Shown here piece by piece: positions 1 to 8,419 of a stretch of DNA of 64,000 nucleotides (position 1 is the first letter of the stretch; each line of letters begins with the position of its first letter). This DNA is from an uncultured delta proteobacterium. GTDB taxonomy: Bacteria; Myxococcota; Myxococcia; Myxococcales; Myxococcaceae. The notes under the pieces are model-generated. The model ran no database searches. It worked only from the letters and a program-made list of their open reading frames with translations, and was not told where the DNA came from. Both the position numbers and the translations under genes were made by a program. Location of the stretch: positions 288,001 to 352,000 of the forward strand of contig CAVQKE010000005.1 of assembly GCA_963713045.1 (NCBI GenBank). The letters are read 5' to 3'.

Positions 1-370
1 ACTCCCGTTCCATCTCGTCTGGGATACCAGCGCCACAGTTCAGGATGCCGGCATGCAGAAAGTCCCGCTTGGGAAAGGATCCGCCCGGAAGGTGGTGCTG
101 AAGTATCCCTCGAACGTGGGCTACACGCCGGGTGACACCTGGGAACTTTACGTCGGCACCGACGACCGAATTCGGGACCTCGTCTTTCGTCACGGCGGTA
201 GCACAAAGCCAAGTCTCGTCATTGCGACCTGGACTGAATATAAGAAGGCGGGACCGCTGCTCTTTTCACTGGATCACCGCGGAACGGCCGATGGCGCGCC
301 GATGCGCGTTTTCTTCTCGAACGTGGCCGTCAAACTGGTGGGGTCCAGTACCTGGATAGAGGCCAAGTAA
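1..370 (+). CDS. Hypothetical protein, C-terminal part (runs in from left edge)
   Basis: Frame is open from base 2 (LPFHLVWDTSATVQDAGMQK...) to TAA at 368-370. Sequence looks natural (GYTPGDTWELYVG), but I recognise no family. Confidence 0.7.
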   Translation, partial: LPFHLVWDTSATVQDAGMQKVPLGKGSARKVVLKYPSNVGYTPGDTWELYVGTDDRIRDLVFRHGGSTKPSLVIATWTEYKKAGPLLFSLDHRGTADGAPMRVFFSNVAVKLVGSSTWIEAK

Positions 371-523
371 AGCTGCTGGAGACATCTCGCCGCCGGAATT
401 CGTCAGGGTGCTCCATAGGCCTGAACGTACTGCCCTCTACCATGCCCGGCGCAGACCGGCCGCCGATGCGCGTCGTGCCGGATACGCATCTGCCCAAGGC
501 TGGCAGCGCCTGCACCGTCCTCG

Positions 524-1843
524 TCATGGAACGCTCCTCGACGACGGATTGAGGTCGGCGTCCAATCTCAAGCGCTTGCTTCGCCACAGCCAGAAGACAG
601 CGCCGACCAGCGCTCCATACTCGACCAGAAGCGCCCAGCCAGGCACCGCCCATGGCACGCCGACGAGCCCCCACGCGCTGTAGGCGCTCAGGATGGATAC
701 CGTCCAAATCGTCAACGGCATCGTCGGCGGCGCGACCAGAAACGGCGTGAGCCAGAGGAGATACCAGGGGTAGACCAATGGCGCACAAACCAGCACTGCC
801 GCCATCGGCCACGCCCAGGCTTGCGGCGAAGCCAGCGAGAGCCGACGCCGCGCCCAAACGCCGACCGCCAAACCAACGGCAACTGCGAACCCGGTGGCCG
901 CGGGCGGCCCTACAAGCGAGGCGACACCCGAGAAGATTGGCCCGTTGAAGCGGAAACGATGAATTACTTCCGGAACAGACCCGATGGGCAGGCCGCGGTG
1001 GTCCCAGAACAGCACATAAAGCACCAGCAGCAAGGCGCCTGCGACGACGACATGGCGTCGCGAGACACGGCGCCACAGGAGCGGCAAGAGAACGATTGGA
1101 AGGGGCTTCACTGCTACCGACAGCGCAAAGGCGACGCTCCCCACAAATTTCCGGCCGCGCGCGAGGGCAAACGCAGCGCAGGCGACGAGGAGCGCGCCGA
1201 CCACGTCCACGTGCCCGTGACGGGCGACCTCGAGCGAGACGAGCGGGCTCCACAGGTACGCAAGCACCCAGCCGGGGTTTGCGCCGGCGGCGAGGAGCGA
1301 ACGCCACACGACAAACGCCAGCAGCGCGTCACAGAGCAGAACGGCTACCTTGATGCTCCGCGCTGATTCACTCAGCGTCGTCGCCGCGAGGAAGAAGAGC
1401 TGCGCGCCCGGAGGGTAGGGGCTCGGCACGTCGGGGTTGTTTACCGGCCAGTTCTCGCTGGTCCGCAGATGCGCGAATGCAGGGTCGGCCGGAACGACTG
1501 CATAAGGGCTGAGGCCCGCCCGGACGAGGTGCGCGTCCCATAGGTAGCGGCGCAAGTCAGCGTTAGGTTCGGGAGGCGTCAGCAGCATCGGCACCCGCCA
1601 GGCCAGCGCCAGGACGGCGCAGGCCAGCAGCATCCGCGCGGAAGGCCGTAGGCCGTTCGTCACCTGGTGCAGCGCTGCGAGGTAGCCGACCGCGGCCAGT
1701 GCGAGCAGAACGAAGAACGCGGCCGAGCCGTCGGCCGGTCGAATCAGGCCGAAGGTGACGAGCGCCGAACCAACGATGGCGCCGCTGATGCACAGTCCAT
1801 GGCTGGCGCGCATCGGTCTCCTGGCGTCATCCGGCGCGCTCAT
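524..1843 (-). CDS. GT-C fold membrane glycosyltransferase (GT87-like)
   Basis: Multi-TM protein with 'DLRRYLWD', 'PSPYPPGAQLFF', 'YLWSPLV', 'GHVDVV' and 'YPWYLLW' motifs. Start placed at ATG 1843. Confidence 0.8.
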   Translation of the reverse strand: MSAPDDARRPMRASHGLCISGAIVGSALVTFGLIRPADGSAAFFVLLALAAVGYLAALHQVTNGLRPSARMLLACAVLALAWRVPMLLTPPEPNADLRRYLWDAHLVRAGLSPYAVVPADPAFAHLRTSENWPVNNPDVPSPYPPGAQLFFLAATTLSESARSIKVAVLLCDALLAFVVWRSLLAAGANPGWVLAYLWSPLVSLEVARHGHVDVVGALLVACAAFALARGRKFVGSVAFALSVAVKPLPIVLLPLLWRRVSRRHVVVAGALLLVLYVLFWDHRGLPIGSVPEVIHRFRFNGPIFSGVASLVGPPAATGFAVAVGLAVGVWARRRLSLASPQAWAWPMAAVLVCAPLVYPWYLLWLTPFLVAPPTMPLTIWTVSILSAYSAWGLVGVPWAVPGWALLVEYGALVGAVFWLWRSKRLRLDADLNPSSRSVP

Positions 1844-2549
1844 CGTCGTGGTCGCCCCAACCCGGTCGCCACGATGCGAGGAGAGCGGCCGTGCGAGGCG
1901 CTCGCGCGGGTTCGATGCGTAGCTCGGCGGCGAGCCGGCGCAAATCCGCCGGCACGTCCACATCGTACGACGCTTCGGTGAAAGCCACCGGCAAGCCGAG
2001 TGTTCGCGCGTTCCCGAGCAGCGCATCGCGAGCATTCCCTGTGCCCAGCGGAGTCAACTCGAACAGGCGCGGGTGCATCGCCGACGCCCCGACAAGGTAG
2101 TAGCCGCCGTCCTCGGTCGGTCCCACCACCAACTCGTGGGTCTCCAGAAGCTGAAAGGCCGACTGTAGGGTGGCGAGGGGCAGGTGCGGACTGTCGCTGT
2201 CGACCGCAATCACACGGCGGAACTCCGGGACGAAATGCTCGAAGGCCGAAACCAACGCGGCGCCGAGCCCGCTGCCGCGCTGGCCGACGACGTGTACCCT
2301 CGCCGGCAAGCGCGCTTGGATGTCGGCCACCTCCTCAGAAGGGCACATCACGGCCACGTGGACGCGAGAGAGTTTCTGCACCAGCGTCAACGTGTCGCGC
2401 AGCATGGCCTCGGCGAGCTGGACGACGTCGGCTGCCGGGTACGCGCCGGCCAGTCTCGTCTTGGCGAAACCTTCCCGGGGAGCCTTCGCCATGACCACGA
2501 CGGCCCCACGCATTTCTTTGGTTCGGCAATCGACACTGCTTCGGCTCAT
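1827..2549 (-). CDS. DUF2064/TIGR04282-family nucleotide-diphospho-sugar transferase-like protein
   Basis: Motifs 'MAKAPREGFAKTRL', 'QRGSGLG', 'DSDSP', 'GPTEDGGYYLVG' and 'YDVDVPADL'. Confidence 0.85.
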   Translation of the reverse strand: MSRSSVDCRTKEMRGAVVVMAKAPREGFAKTRLAGAYPAADVVQLAEAMLRDTLTLVQKLSRVHVAVMCPSEEVADIQARLPARVHVVGQRGSGLGAALVSAFEHFVPEFRRVIAVDSDSPHLPLATLQSAFQLLETHELVVGPTEDGGYYLVGASAMHPRLFELTPLGTGNARDALLGNARTLGLPVAFTEASYDVDVPADLRRLAAELRIEPARAPRTAALLASWRPGWGDHDDERAG

Positions 2550-3259
2550 TTCACGGGTCCGGGTTCGGTTCGACTCGTCGCCGCGCCGAGCCGGTTCTTC
2601 AGGATGCCCGCGAGGATGCACCAGGCGGCGCCGATCGAGCCTCGCACCGTTCCGCTAATCTTCGAAACGCCGATGCGCCGATGGTAGCTGACGGGGACCT
2701 CCGTCACTCTGTAGCCGCGCATCGCGCCGCGCGTCACCAACTCGACGGGCCAGCCGTAGGTCATCTCGCGTAAGTCGAGGGCCCGCAGCACTTCGGAGCG
2801 CGCGGCCCGGAACGGCCCGAGATCCGTCAACGAGACACCGTACAGCAACTGGATCAACGTCGCCGCAAGGCGGTTCCCGAACACGGCGTGCCACGGCATC
2901 GCCCCTGGCTCAAGACCGCCGGCAAGTCGCGATCCGAGGACGATGTCTGCGGAACCTTCGCGGATCGGGTCGAGCAGACGCCCCAGCTCGCAAGGCCGGT
3001 CACTGTAATCCCCGTCGAGGAATACGACGGTGTCCGGTTCCTTCGCGGCTGCCAGGCCAGCCAGGCAGGCGCGACCGTATCCGCGACGTGGCTCGACGAT
3101 GACACGCGCGCCACGCGCGGCTGCAATCTCCCGGGTCCCGTCAGTCGAGTCAGCATCGACGACCAGCACTTCCGTGACCAGGGACGCAGGAAGTTCGTCC
3201 AGGACGCGTGCGATGGACCCAGCCTCGTTGTAGGTGGGGATGACAACGCTGACTCGCAT
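2546..3259 (-). CDS. Glycosyltransferase family 2 (polyprenol-phosphate glycosyltransferase-like)
   Basis: Motifs 'MRVSVVIPTYNE', 'VVDADSTDGT', 'RRGYGRAC', DxD 'FLDGDYSD', 'VLGSR' and 'SKISGT'. Start at ATG 3259. Confidence 0.9.
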   Translation of the reverse strand: MRVSVVIPTYNEAGSIARVLDELPASLVTEVLVVDADSTDGTREIAAARGARVIVEPRRGYGRACLAGLAAAKEPDTVVFLDGDYSDRPCELGRLLDPIREGSADIVLGSRLAGGLEPGAMPWHAVFGNRLAATLIQLLYGVSLTDLGPFRAARSEVLRALDLREMTYGWPVELVTRGAMRGYRVTEVPVSYHRRIGVSKISGTVRGSIGAAWCILAGILKNRLGAATSRTEPGPVK

Positions 3260-3270
3260 CCGGAATCGAC

Positions 3271-3738
3271 CTATCCGAGGCGCCAACCCGGACGGCGGCG
3301 CGCGATCAGGCCGTCGAGGCCCCACCTGCGCCCGGAACGCACCGAGGCGAGGCTGAATGCGACGATGATGGGCATGCCCAGCTCCCATATCCAAGCGCTG
3401 CCGAATTCCGACAGCCACAGGGTGAAGAGCCACGCTCCGGCGGCGGCCGCCGCGGCGCGGCTGGCCGCCCCCGCCACGAGGAGCACGCCAAGCCCGAGCT
3501 CGGTCGCAGCCTGGAGCGGCGCGGCGACCCGCGCGTTGGCTGCAGCCATGGACATGACGCTTTTCCAGACGCCGGGTGCGTGCCCATTCTTCAGGTAGTA
3601 GTCGATGACTCCCTGGTACCCAGCCGGTGTGTACGCGCCTTTCCCCAGGTTTTCGAAGAAAACCCAGACGAACATCGTGCCGAGGGCCACACGCAACACC
3701 GCCAGCGCGCGCTGCTCCCTGGAAGCATTGTTGTCCAC
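3271..3738 (-). CDS. DoxX/TQO-family membrane protein
   Basis: Motifs 'LRVALGTMFVWVFFENLGKG', 'ELGLGVLLVAG' and C-terminal 'GRRWGLDG'. Start placed at GTG 3738. Confidence 0.7.
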   Translation of the reverse strand: MDNNASREQRALAVLRVALGTMFVWVFFENLGKGAYTPAGYQGVIDYYLKNGHAPGVWKSVMSMAAANARVAAPLQAATELGLGVLLVAGAASRAAAAAAGAWLFTLWLSEFGSAWIWELGMPIIVAFSLASVRSGRRWGLDGLIARRRPGWRLG

Positions 3739-3959
3739 AGGACCCCTCACTTTCCCAGTCGTTGCCTCGCCATTATAGCCCACAGGGTCCGCGGTCGAGA
3801 CGAGCGGGATTCTTACTGTTCCAGCGGTGCCGGTGTGTTGACGGTCCAAGACCTGTGCGCCGACTCTGGCACTATTCTGCGTCGGCCACGGTGGCACTCA
3901 TGGTTGTTAGGCCAACGCGGGGGGGGGCCACGAGTTGAGAAGCACCTCCCTGCAACACC

Positions 3960-5027
3960 TTACTTCCTGGTTTGGATTGGCTCATCCAGGAAGCACTGGA
4001 CCTCCCGCAACAGCATCATCCGGTTTTTCTCCCGGTCCACCGTGTGTGTCCCCTCGCCCAACTCGATGTAACGCTTCGAGGGCGAGTTCACGAGCCGCAC
4101 GAACAAGGACTGGGCCATATAGCTGGGCGTGATGTTGTCCCACTCGGCTTTGATGAGCAGGACTGGAACGCGGATGTCCTTGACGTCAAAGGGAATGGTT
4201 GCCCCACTTTCGTAGCGCATGACGTCGAAGAGGGCTCCATTGGGAGCCCGGAACACCGGAGGATGCTGCTGCCAACCCTCGGGGTCGGTGTCAAGCTGAG
4301 CCGAGGCCCAAGCGTCGAGCCACCCTTCTGGTATCAGGTCAGCCTTCTTGTCCTCCGGGACTCCCGCGAGCGCTTCGGCTCTGAGCTGTGCAGCTGTAAA
4401 GGAACTGTAGGCCCCGAACTGGCCAGCGGCAGGGGGCGCCATCGAAGGCGTCTGGCGAATCCAGAGGGGCCCATACAGAACCAGCTTGTTGACGTTGGTG
4501 TTGTTCTTTGCGGCGTACCACTGAGCGATGAAGGTTCCCCAGGACCATGCCAGCACATCGAGCTTGCCAATGCCTCGCCGGTGCTTGATGAACTCAACCA
4601 CGGCGGCCACGTCCCGGACGGCCTCTTCCGTTGTCGCAACGGGCGCCGACTCAGCGGGGGGCAGACTCATCTGGGGCGGGCGCGTGGAGCGGCCGTAACC
4701 GCGGACATCCATCAGGTAGACGTCGTAGCCATCGTCAGCAATGAAGTCCATCCACGAGAAGCCGCCGAGGCTCAGGTCGAAGGTGCTTTCCGAAGGGCCA
4801 ACTGCTCCATGGATGAAGAGCACGGTCTTTGTTGCTTCGAAACTCGTCATCGTCGATGGGTGCTTATTCCGGACAAAGATGTCGATTCCAGGGTCGCTGT
4901 GGACCTTGAACTCCTCCATTGCCAGGCTGGTACCCGGGTTGGGCGGTGTCGCAGCCTCCGCAGCAGAATAGGCGAGCAGAAGGCCCATCAGATTTACGCC
5001 CAACTGTAGAATTAACGACGAGTGCAT
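3960..5027 (-). CDS. Secreted alpha/beta hydrolase
   Basis: Signal-like N-terminus, 'VLFIHGA', 'DVRGYGRS', nucleophile elbow 'AWSWG', acid 'EWD' and His 'GEGTH'. Confidence 0.85.
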   Translation of the reverse strand: MHSSLILQLGVNLMGLLLAYSAAEAATPPNPGTSLAMEEFKVHSDPGIDIFVRNKHPSTMTSFEATKTVLFIHGAVGPSESTFDLSLGGFSWMDFIADDGYDVYLMDVRGYGRSTRPPQMSLPPAESAPVATTEEAVRDVAAVVEFIKHRRGIGKLDVLAWSWGTFIAQWYAAKNNTNVNKLVLYGPLWIRQTPSMAPPAAGQFGAYSSFTAAQLRAEALAGVPEDKKADLIPEGWLDAWASAQLDTDPEGWQQHPPVFRAPNGALFDVMRYESGATIPFDVKDIRVPVLLIKAEWDNITPSYMAQSLFVRLVNSPSKRYIELGEGTHTVDREKNRMMLLREVQCFLDEPIQTRK

Positions 5028-5437
5028 GAGGCCCTCTCCGCTATTCTCGGCCTTGAGGTGGCGGCCGCCGGACCTCACATGGTGAGTGTCGCCGACCCCG
5101 CCGTCACAATGGTGACGTGACAGCAGAGGGGCTTAACCGCGGACATAGAGCCTCGGCAACACGCCGTTGTCAGGGTTAGCGATGCCATCCGGGTCGGCCT
5201 CAGCCACCTGGAGGCTCTTGGGCGTCTGGAACTCCCACAGCTGAGATGCAGGCAGGAAGCCCACAGACACGTGGTCCAAATGGCCTTCTTTAGCAGCAGT
5301 TGGTCGCGGCGAAGAGTGACTCAGGTGAAGTGGGCTTGCTCGGCCCGGCATCGGTGGGTGGCCCCCTCGCCCATGCAGAAGACTGCTTCTGGCGAGGGAA
5401 CATCAAGAGGCTACCAAAATCAGCGTGACTTCAGTTC

Positions 5438-6319
5438 CTACTTGGTTCGGATAAATCCGAAGGTAGCTCCGGCCGAGTTTACATAGAAGCCGACGATGGT
5501 ACCCGAAGGATTAATCCCGGATGCGCCAGTGCCCTGACCGGAGCTTGTGCCGGCGTCCGGTGCTTCGAAGGTCGTGAAAACGCCCTTGCTGAGGATGAAA
5601 GCGCCGGCGACGCCGTTGGCGTCGGCGTATTGGCCTACGACATCGCCCTCGGCGTTACCACCTCCAGCAAACGTGAATACCGCACCTGGAACGTCAATGG
5701 TGGTGTACGTCCCGTGGTCAAGCACGTACCCATGAGAGTTTCCGGCACTATCAATGTAAAAACCGACGACTTTGCCGGAAGGGCTAACAGTACTGGCCGC
5801 ACTGCTGATTGCCCCGGGTGGGTCGAAGCTCGTAAAGACGCCCTTTTTAGAGAGTACAAAACTGTGGGTGATCGTGTTGCAGAGGGGCGCGTCACAGGAT
5901 TCTCCTGAGATTTCACCCGATGGACTGATACCAGTCAGAATGGTGCCGGCCGCCCCTGGGAAGTCGCACGTTGTGTATGTTCCCTCATTCAGAACAAAAC
6001 CGCGGCTGATGCCCGACGCATCCAGATAACCGCCAACAATCACTCCCTCCGGATTGATAAAGTTAGGAGTCGTAAACGCGGAACCCGGAGGATCGAACGA
6101 CGTGAATGTGCCCCCTTTCGTCAACGTGAAGCCGTGAGTGACGCCAGAGGTGTCGGTATAATCACCGACGCTCGTGCCTTCTGGATTGGGGCCGCCGGTT
6201 AAAATGGTGGTCACCGCACCAGGAAATTGGACGGTCGTAAACTCTTGTGCCGACGCAGCCGACGGTACAAACGAGACGCTGATCGGCAAAACGACAAAGA
6301 AGCGAAGTATTTTGTGCAT
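5438..6319 (-). CDS. Secreted repeat protein (xFDxPGA / GINPxGxIVG / HGF repeats, probable beta-propeller)
   Basis: Signal peptide ending ASA|QE, followed by about six ~43-aa repeats. Same repeat family as 32232..33383. Confidence 0.75.
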   Translation of the reverse strand: MHKILRFFVVLPISVSFVPSAASAQEFTTVQFPGAVTTILTGGPNPEGTSVGDYTDTSGVTHGFTLTKGGTFTSFDPPGSAFTTPNFINPEGVIVGGYLDASGISRGFVLNEGTYTTCDFPGAAGTILTGISPSGEISGESCDAPLCNTITHSFVLSKKGVFTSFDPPGAISSAASTVSPSGKVVGFYIDSAGNSHGYVLDHGTYTTIDVPGAVFTFAGGGNAEGDVVGQYADANGVAGAFILSKGVFTTFEAPDAGTSSGQGTGASGINPSGTIVGFYVNSAGATFGFIRTK

Positions 6320-6534
6320 GCGAAGCTCCTTTCCCCGCATCGAGAACGCGTCCGAAACCTGTGCGCGTTCGGTAAGAACCGTGAAAAGCTTTCAAGAGTG
6401 CATCTCATCGCAATGCAATCGGCACCCCGAGCCGAGGAAGGTGCGCGATGTGGGTTCCCCTGTTGGTCTCTAAATTTCGGCTCAGTTAGACCGCCACCTG
6501 GCGTCCTAAGTGCCATGAAGGGTACGGTTCGTTT

Positions 6535-6576
6535 GGTCCATCGCCTAGGTCCAATTCATGGCAAGTTGATTGGACC
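6535..6576. promoter_or_regulatory. Putative MocR operator: two direct GGTCCA hexamers plus one inverted TGGACC
   Basis: GGTCCA at 6535-6540 and 6548-6553, TGGACC at 6571-6576, directly upstream of the MocR ATG. A direct-plus-inverted layout is typical of GabR/PdxR-type operators. Confidence 0.65.
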
Positions 6577-6591
6577 AAGGGGAGCCCCGCA

Positions 6592-8100
6592 ATGACCGAC
6601 GCCAGGCCTTCGTCGGAGTTCCCGCTGATGCTGGACCTCTCTGGCGGGCGGTCCCTGCAGCTCGCGGTTCACGACGCGCTTCGCGCCGCCATCCTTGACC
6701 GGCGCCTCGGCGCGGGCGCACGCCTTCCAGCGACTCGAGACCTTGCTCATCAGCTCGGCGTCGCGCGAGGAACGGTGGTCCTCGCATACGAGCAGCTCAG
6801 CGCCGAGGGCTACTTCCGCTGCGCTCGCGGGGCCGGCACCTTCGTTGTGGAGACGCTGCCAGATGGCTGGTTTTCGCCCGCAACCCGTGCCTCTTCCTCT
6901 CGCAAGCGCCGACTCTCGGTCACGCTATCGGAGCGCGGCTCTTCGCTTGCTAAAGGGCTCTTCCCGGTGGCCGCACCCGGGCCACCGAGGCCATTTCTGC
7001 CCTACACGCCAGCGGTCGACTTGTTCCCGCGCATTCGTTGGGGGCAGCTGATGGCGCGTCAGGCGCGAAGGTCAGAGCCCCGGCGTTTCCGGGACGTGGA
7101 CGTTCGCGGATATCGTCCGCTGCGTGAGGCACTCGCGGAGCACCTGCGTGTGTCACGAGGAGTCCGTTGTGACGCCGACCGAATCCTCATCTTTTCGGGC
7201 GTCCATCAGGCGCTCGATGTCGCTTCTCGCCTCCTGCTCGACCGAGGCGATTCAGTTTGGATGGAGGATCCGGGCTACTTTGGCGCCCGCCGTGTCCTCG
7301 AGGCGTCGGGGCTGAAGCTTGTGCCGGTACCGGTCGACCGTGCCGGCTTGGACGTTTCGAGAGGCATCGCCACCGCCCCCCGCGCGCGGCTCGCGTATGT
7401 GACCCCTGCCCACCAAGCGCCGTTGGGCACCACACTGTCACTGGAGCGTCGGATGCTCCTCATCGGATGGGCCGACGCGGCCGGCGCCTGGGTTTTCGAG
7501 GACGACTACGACAGTGAATTCCGCTACGAGGGGAGACCTCTCCCGGCCATGCAGGGCCTTGACGATCGCGATGTCGTCCTGCATGCAGGGACGCTTAGCA
7601 AGTCAATGTTTCCTGGGCTGCGTTTGGCGTATCTCGTCGTCCCCGACGCGCTCGTCGACTCCTTCTCTGCGGGGATGTCCGCGCTGCACCGCTACGTCGC
7701 GCTTCTCCCGCAGGCCGTGGCTGCGGAATTCATCACCAGCGGAGAGCTGGGCCGTCATTTGCGGCGCATGCGCAGTGTCTACGCCGAGCGCCGGCTCGCG
7801 CTGGTGTCCGCAATCGCTTCCGAGCTCGGTGACCAGCTCGAGGTCCTCGGCTCGATGTGCGGGATGCAGGTCTTAGCGCGGTTTAAGACCAACGCGAATG
7901 ATCGGGCCATTTGCCGGCTGGCATTCGAGAACCAATTGGAGATGTTGCCACTTTCAAAGTTCGCCATTCGTCCGCTTCGCCCGGGAGGACTTGTCCTCGG
8001 GTTCGCCGCTGTGGACTCCGGACAGACAAAACGTGCGGTGCCTCGCCTGCGGGCAGTCATTGAGAGCACGCCGAACACCCTCGAAGATGCGAGCCGATAG
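6592..8100 (+). CDS. MocR/GabR-family regulator (GntR wHTH + PLP-dependent aminotransferase-like domain)
   Basis: Motifs 'RLPATRDLAHQLGVARGTVVLAYEQLSAEGY', 'MEDPGY', 'YVTPAHQAPLG', 'EDDYDSEFRY' and the PLP lysine in 'GTLSKSMFPGLRL'. Confidence 0.95.
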   Translation: MTDARPSSEFPLMLDLSGGRSLQLAVHDALRAAILDRRLGAGARLPATRDLAHQLGVARGTVVLAYEQLSAEGYFRCARGAGTFVVETLPDGWFSPATRASSSRKRRLSVTLSERGSSLAKGLFPVAAPGPPRPFLPYTPAVDLFPRIRWGQLMARQARRSEPRRFRDVDVRGYRPLREALAEHLRVSRGVRCDADRILIFSGVHQALDVASRLLLDRGDSVWMEDPGYFGARRVLEASGLKLVPVPVDRAGLDVSRGIATAPRARLAYVTPAHQAPLGTTLSLERRMLLIGWADAAGAWVFEDDYDSEFRYEGRPLPAMQGLDDRDVVLHAGTLSKSMFPGLRLAYLVVPDALVDSFSAGMSALHRYVALLPQAVAAEFITSGELGRHLRRMRSVYAERRLALVSAIASELGDQLEVLGSMCGMQVLARFKTNANDRAICRLAFENQLEMLPLSKFAIRPLRPGGLVLGFAAVDSGQTKRAVPRLRAVIESTPNTLEDASR

Positions 8101-8419
8101 ATGGGCACAGCGCCGAAACCACCAAGACGAACCGACCGCGAGGAAGGTGGATTGGTACCCAGTCTGAGCGTTGCGGCGCACAAGCGACTCACGATTCCAC
8201 ACTCATCACAATTGGTGGTTTACCCGCTTCACTCCCCTCCGGTGTGACAAGGTGCAGCGAGACTTTGCAATGGATTCTTCGGACTGTTTCGGGGGGCCGA
8301 GATGCTTTCGGGTCTCAGGCAGTAGGAATGGTTGACCCCTTGCGACGAGCGGGGGTTCGGGCTGTGCGAAACCAGAATGCTTCGGGCGTGTAGTTTCCCG
8401 CCCTGGTGGAGGGGACCGC

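Noticed and set aside
6414..6429. Minus-strand GG-N10-GC element upstream of the repeat-protein gene
   Set aside because: The -12 (TTGCA) is good but the -24 is poor (CGGGGT), and there is no matching UAS.
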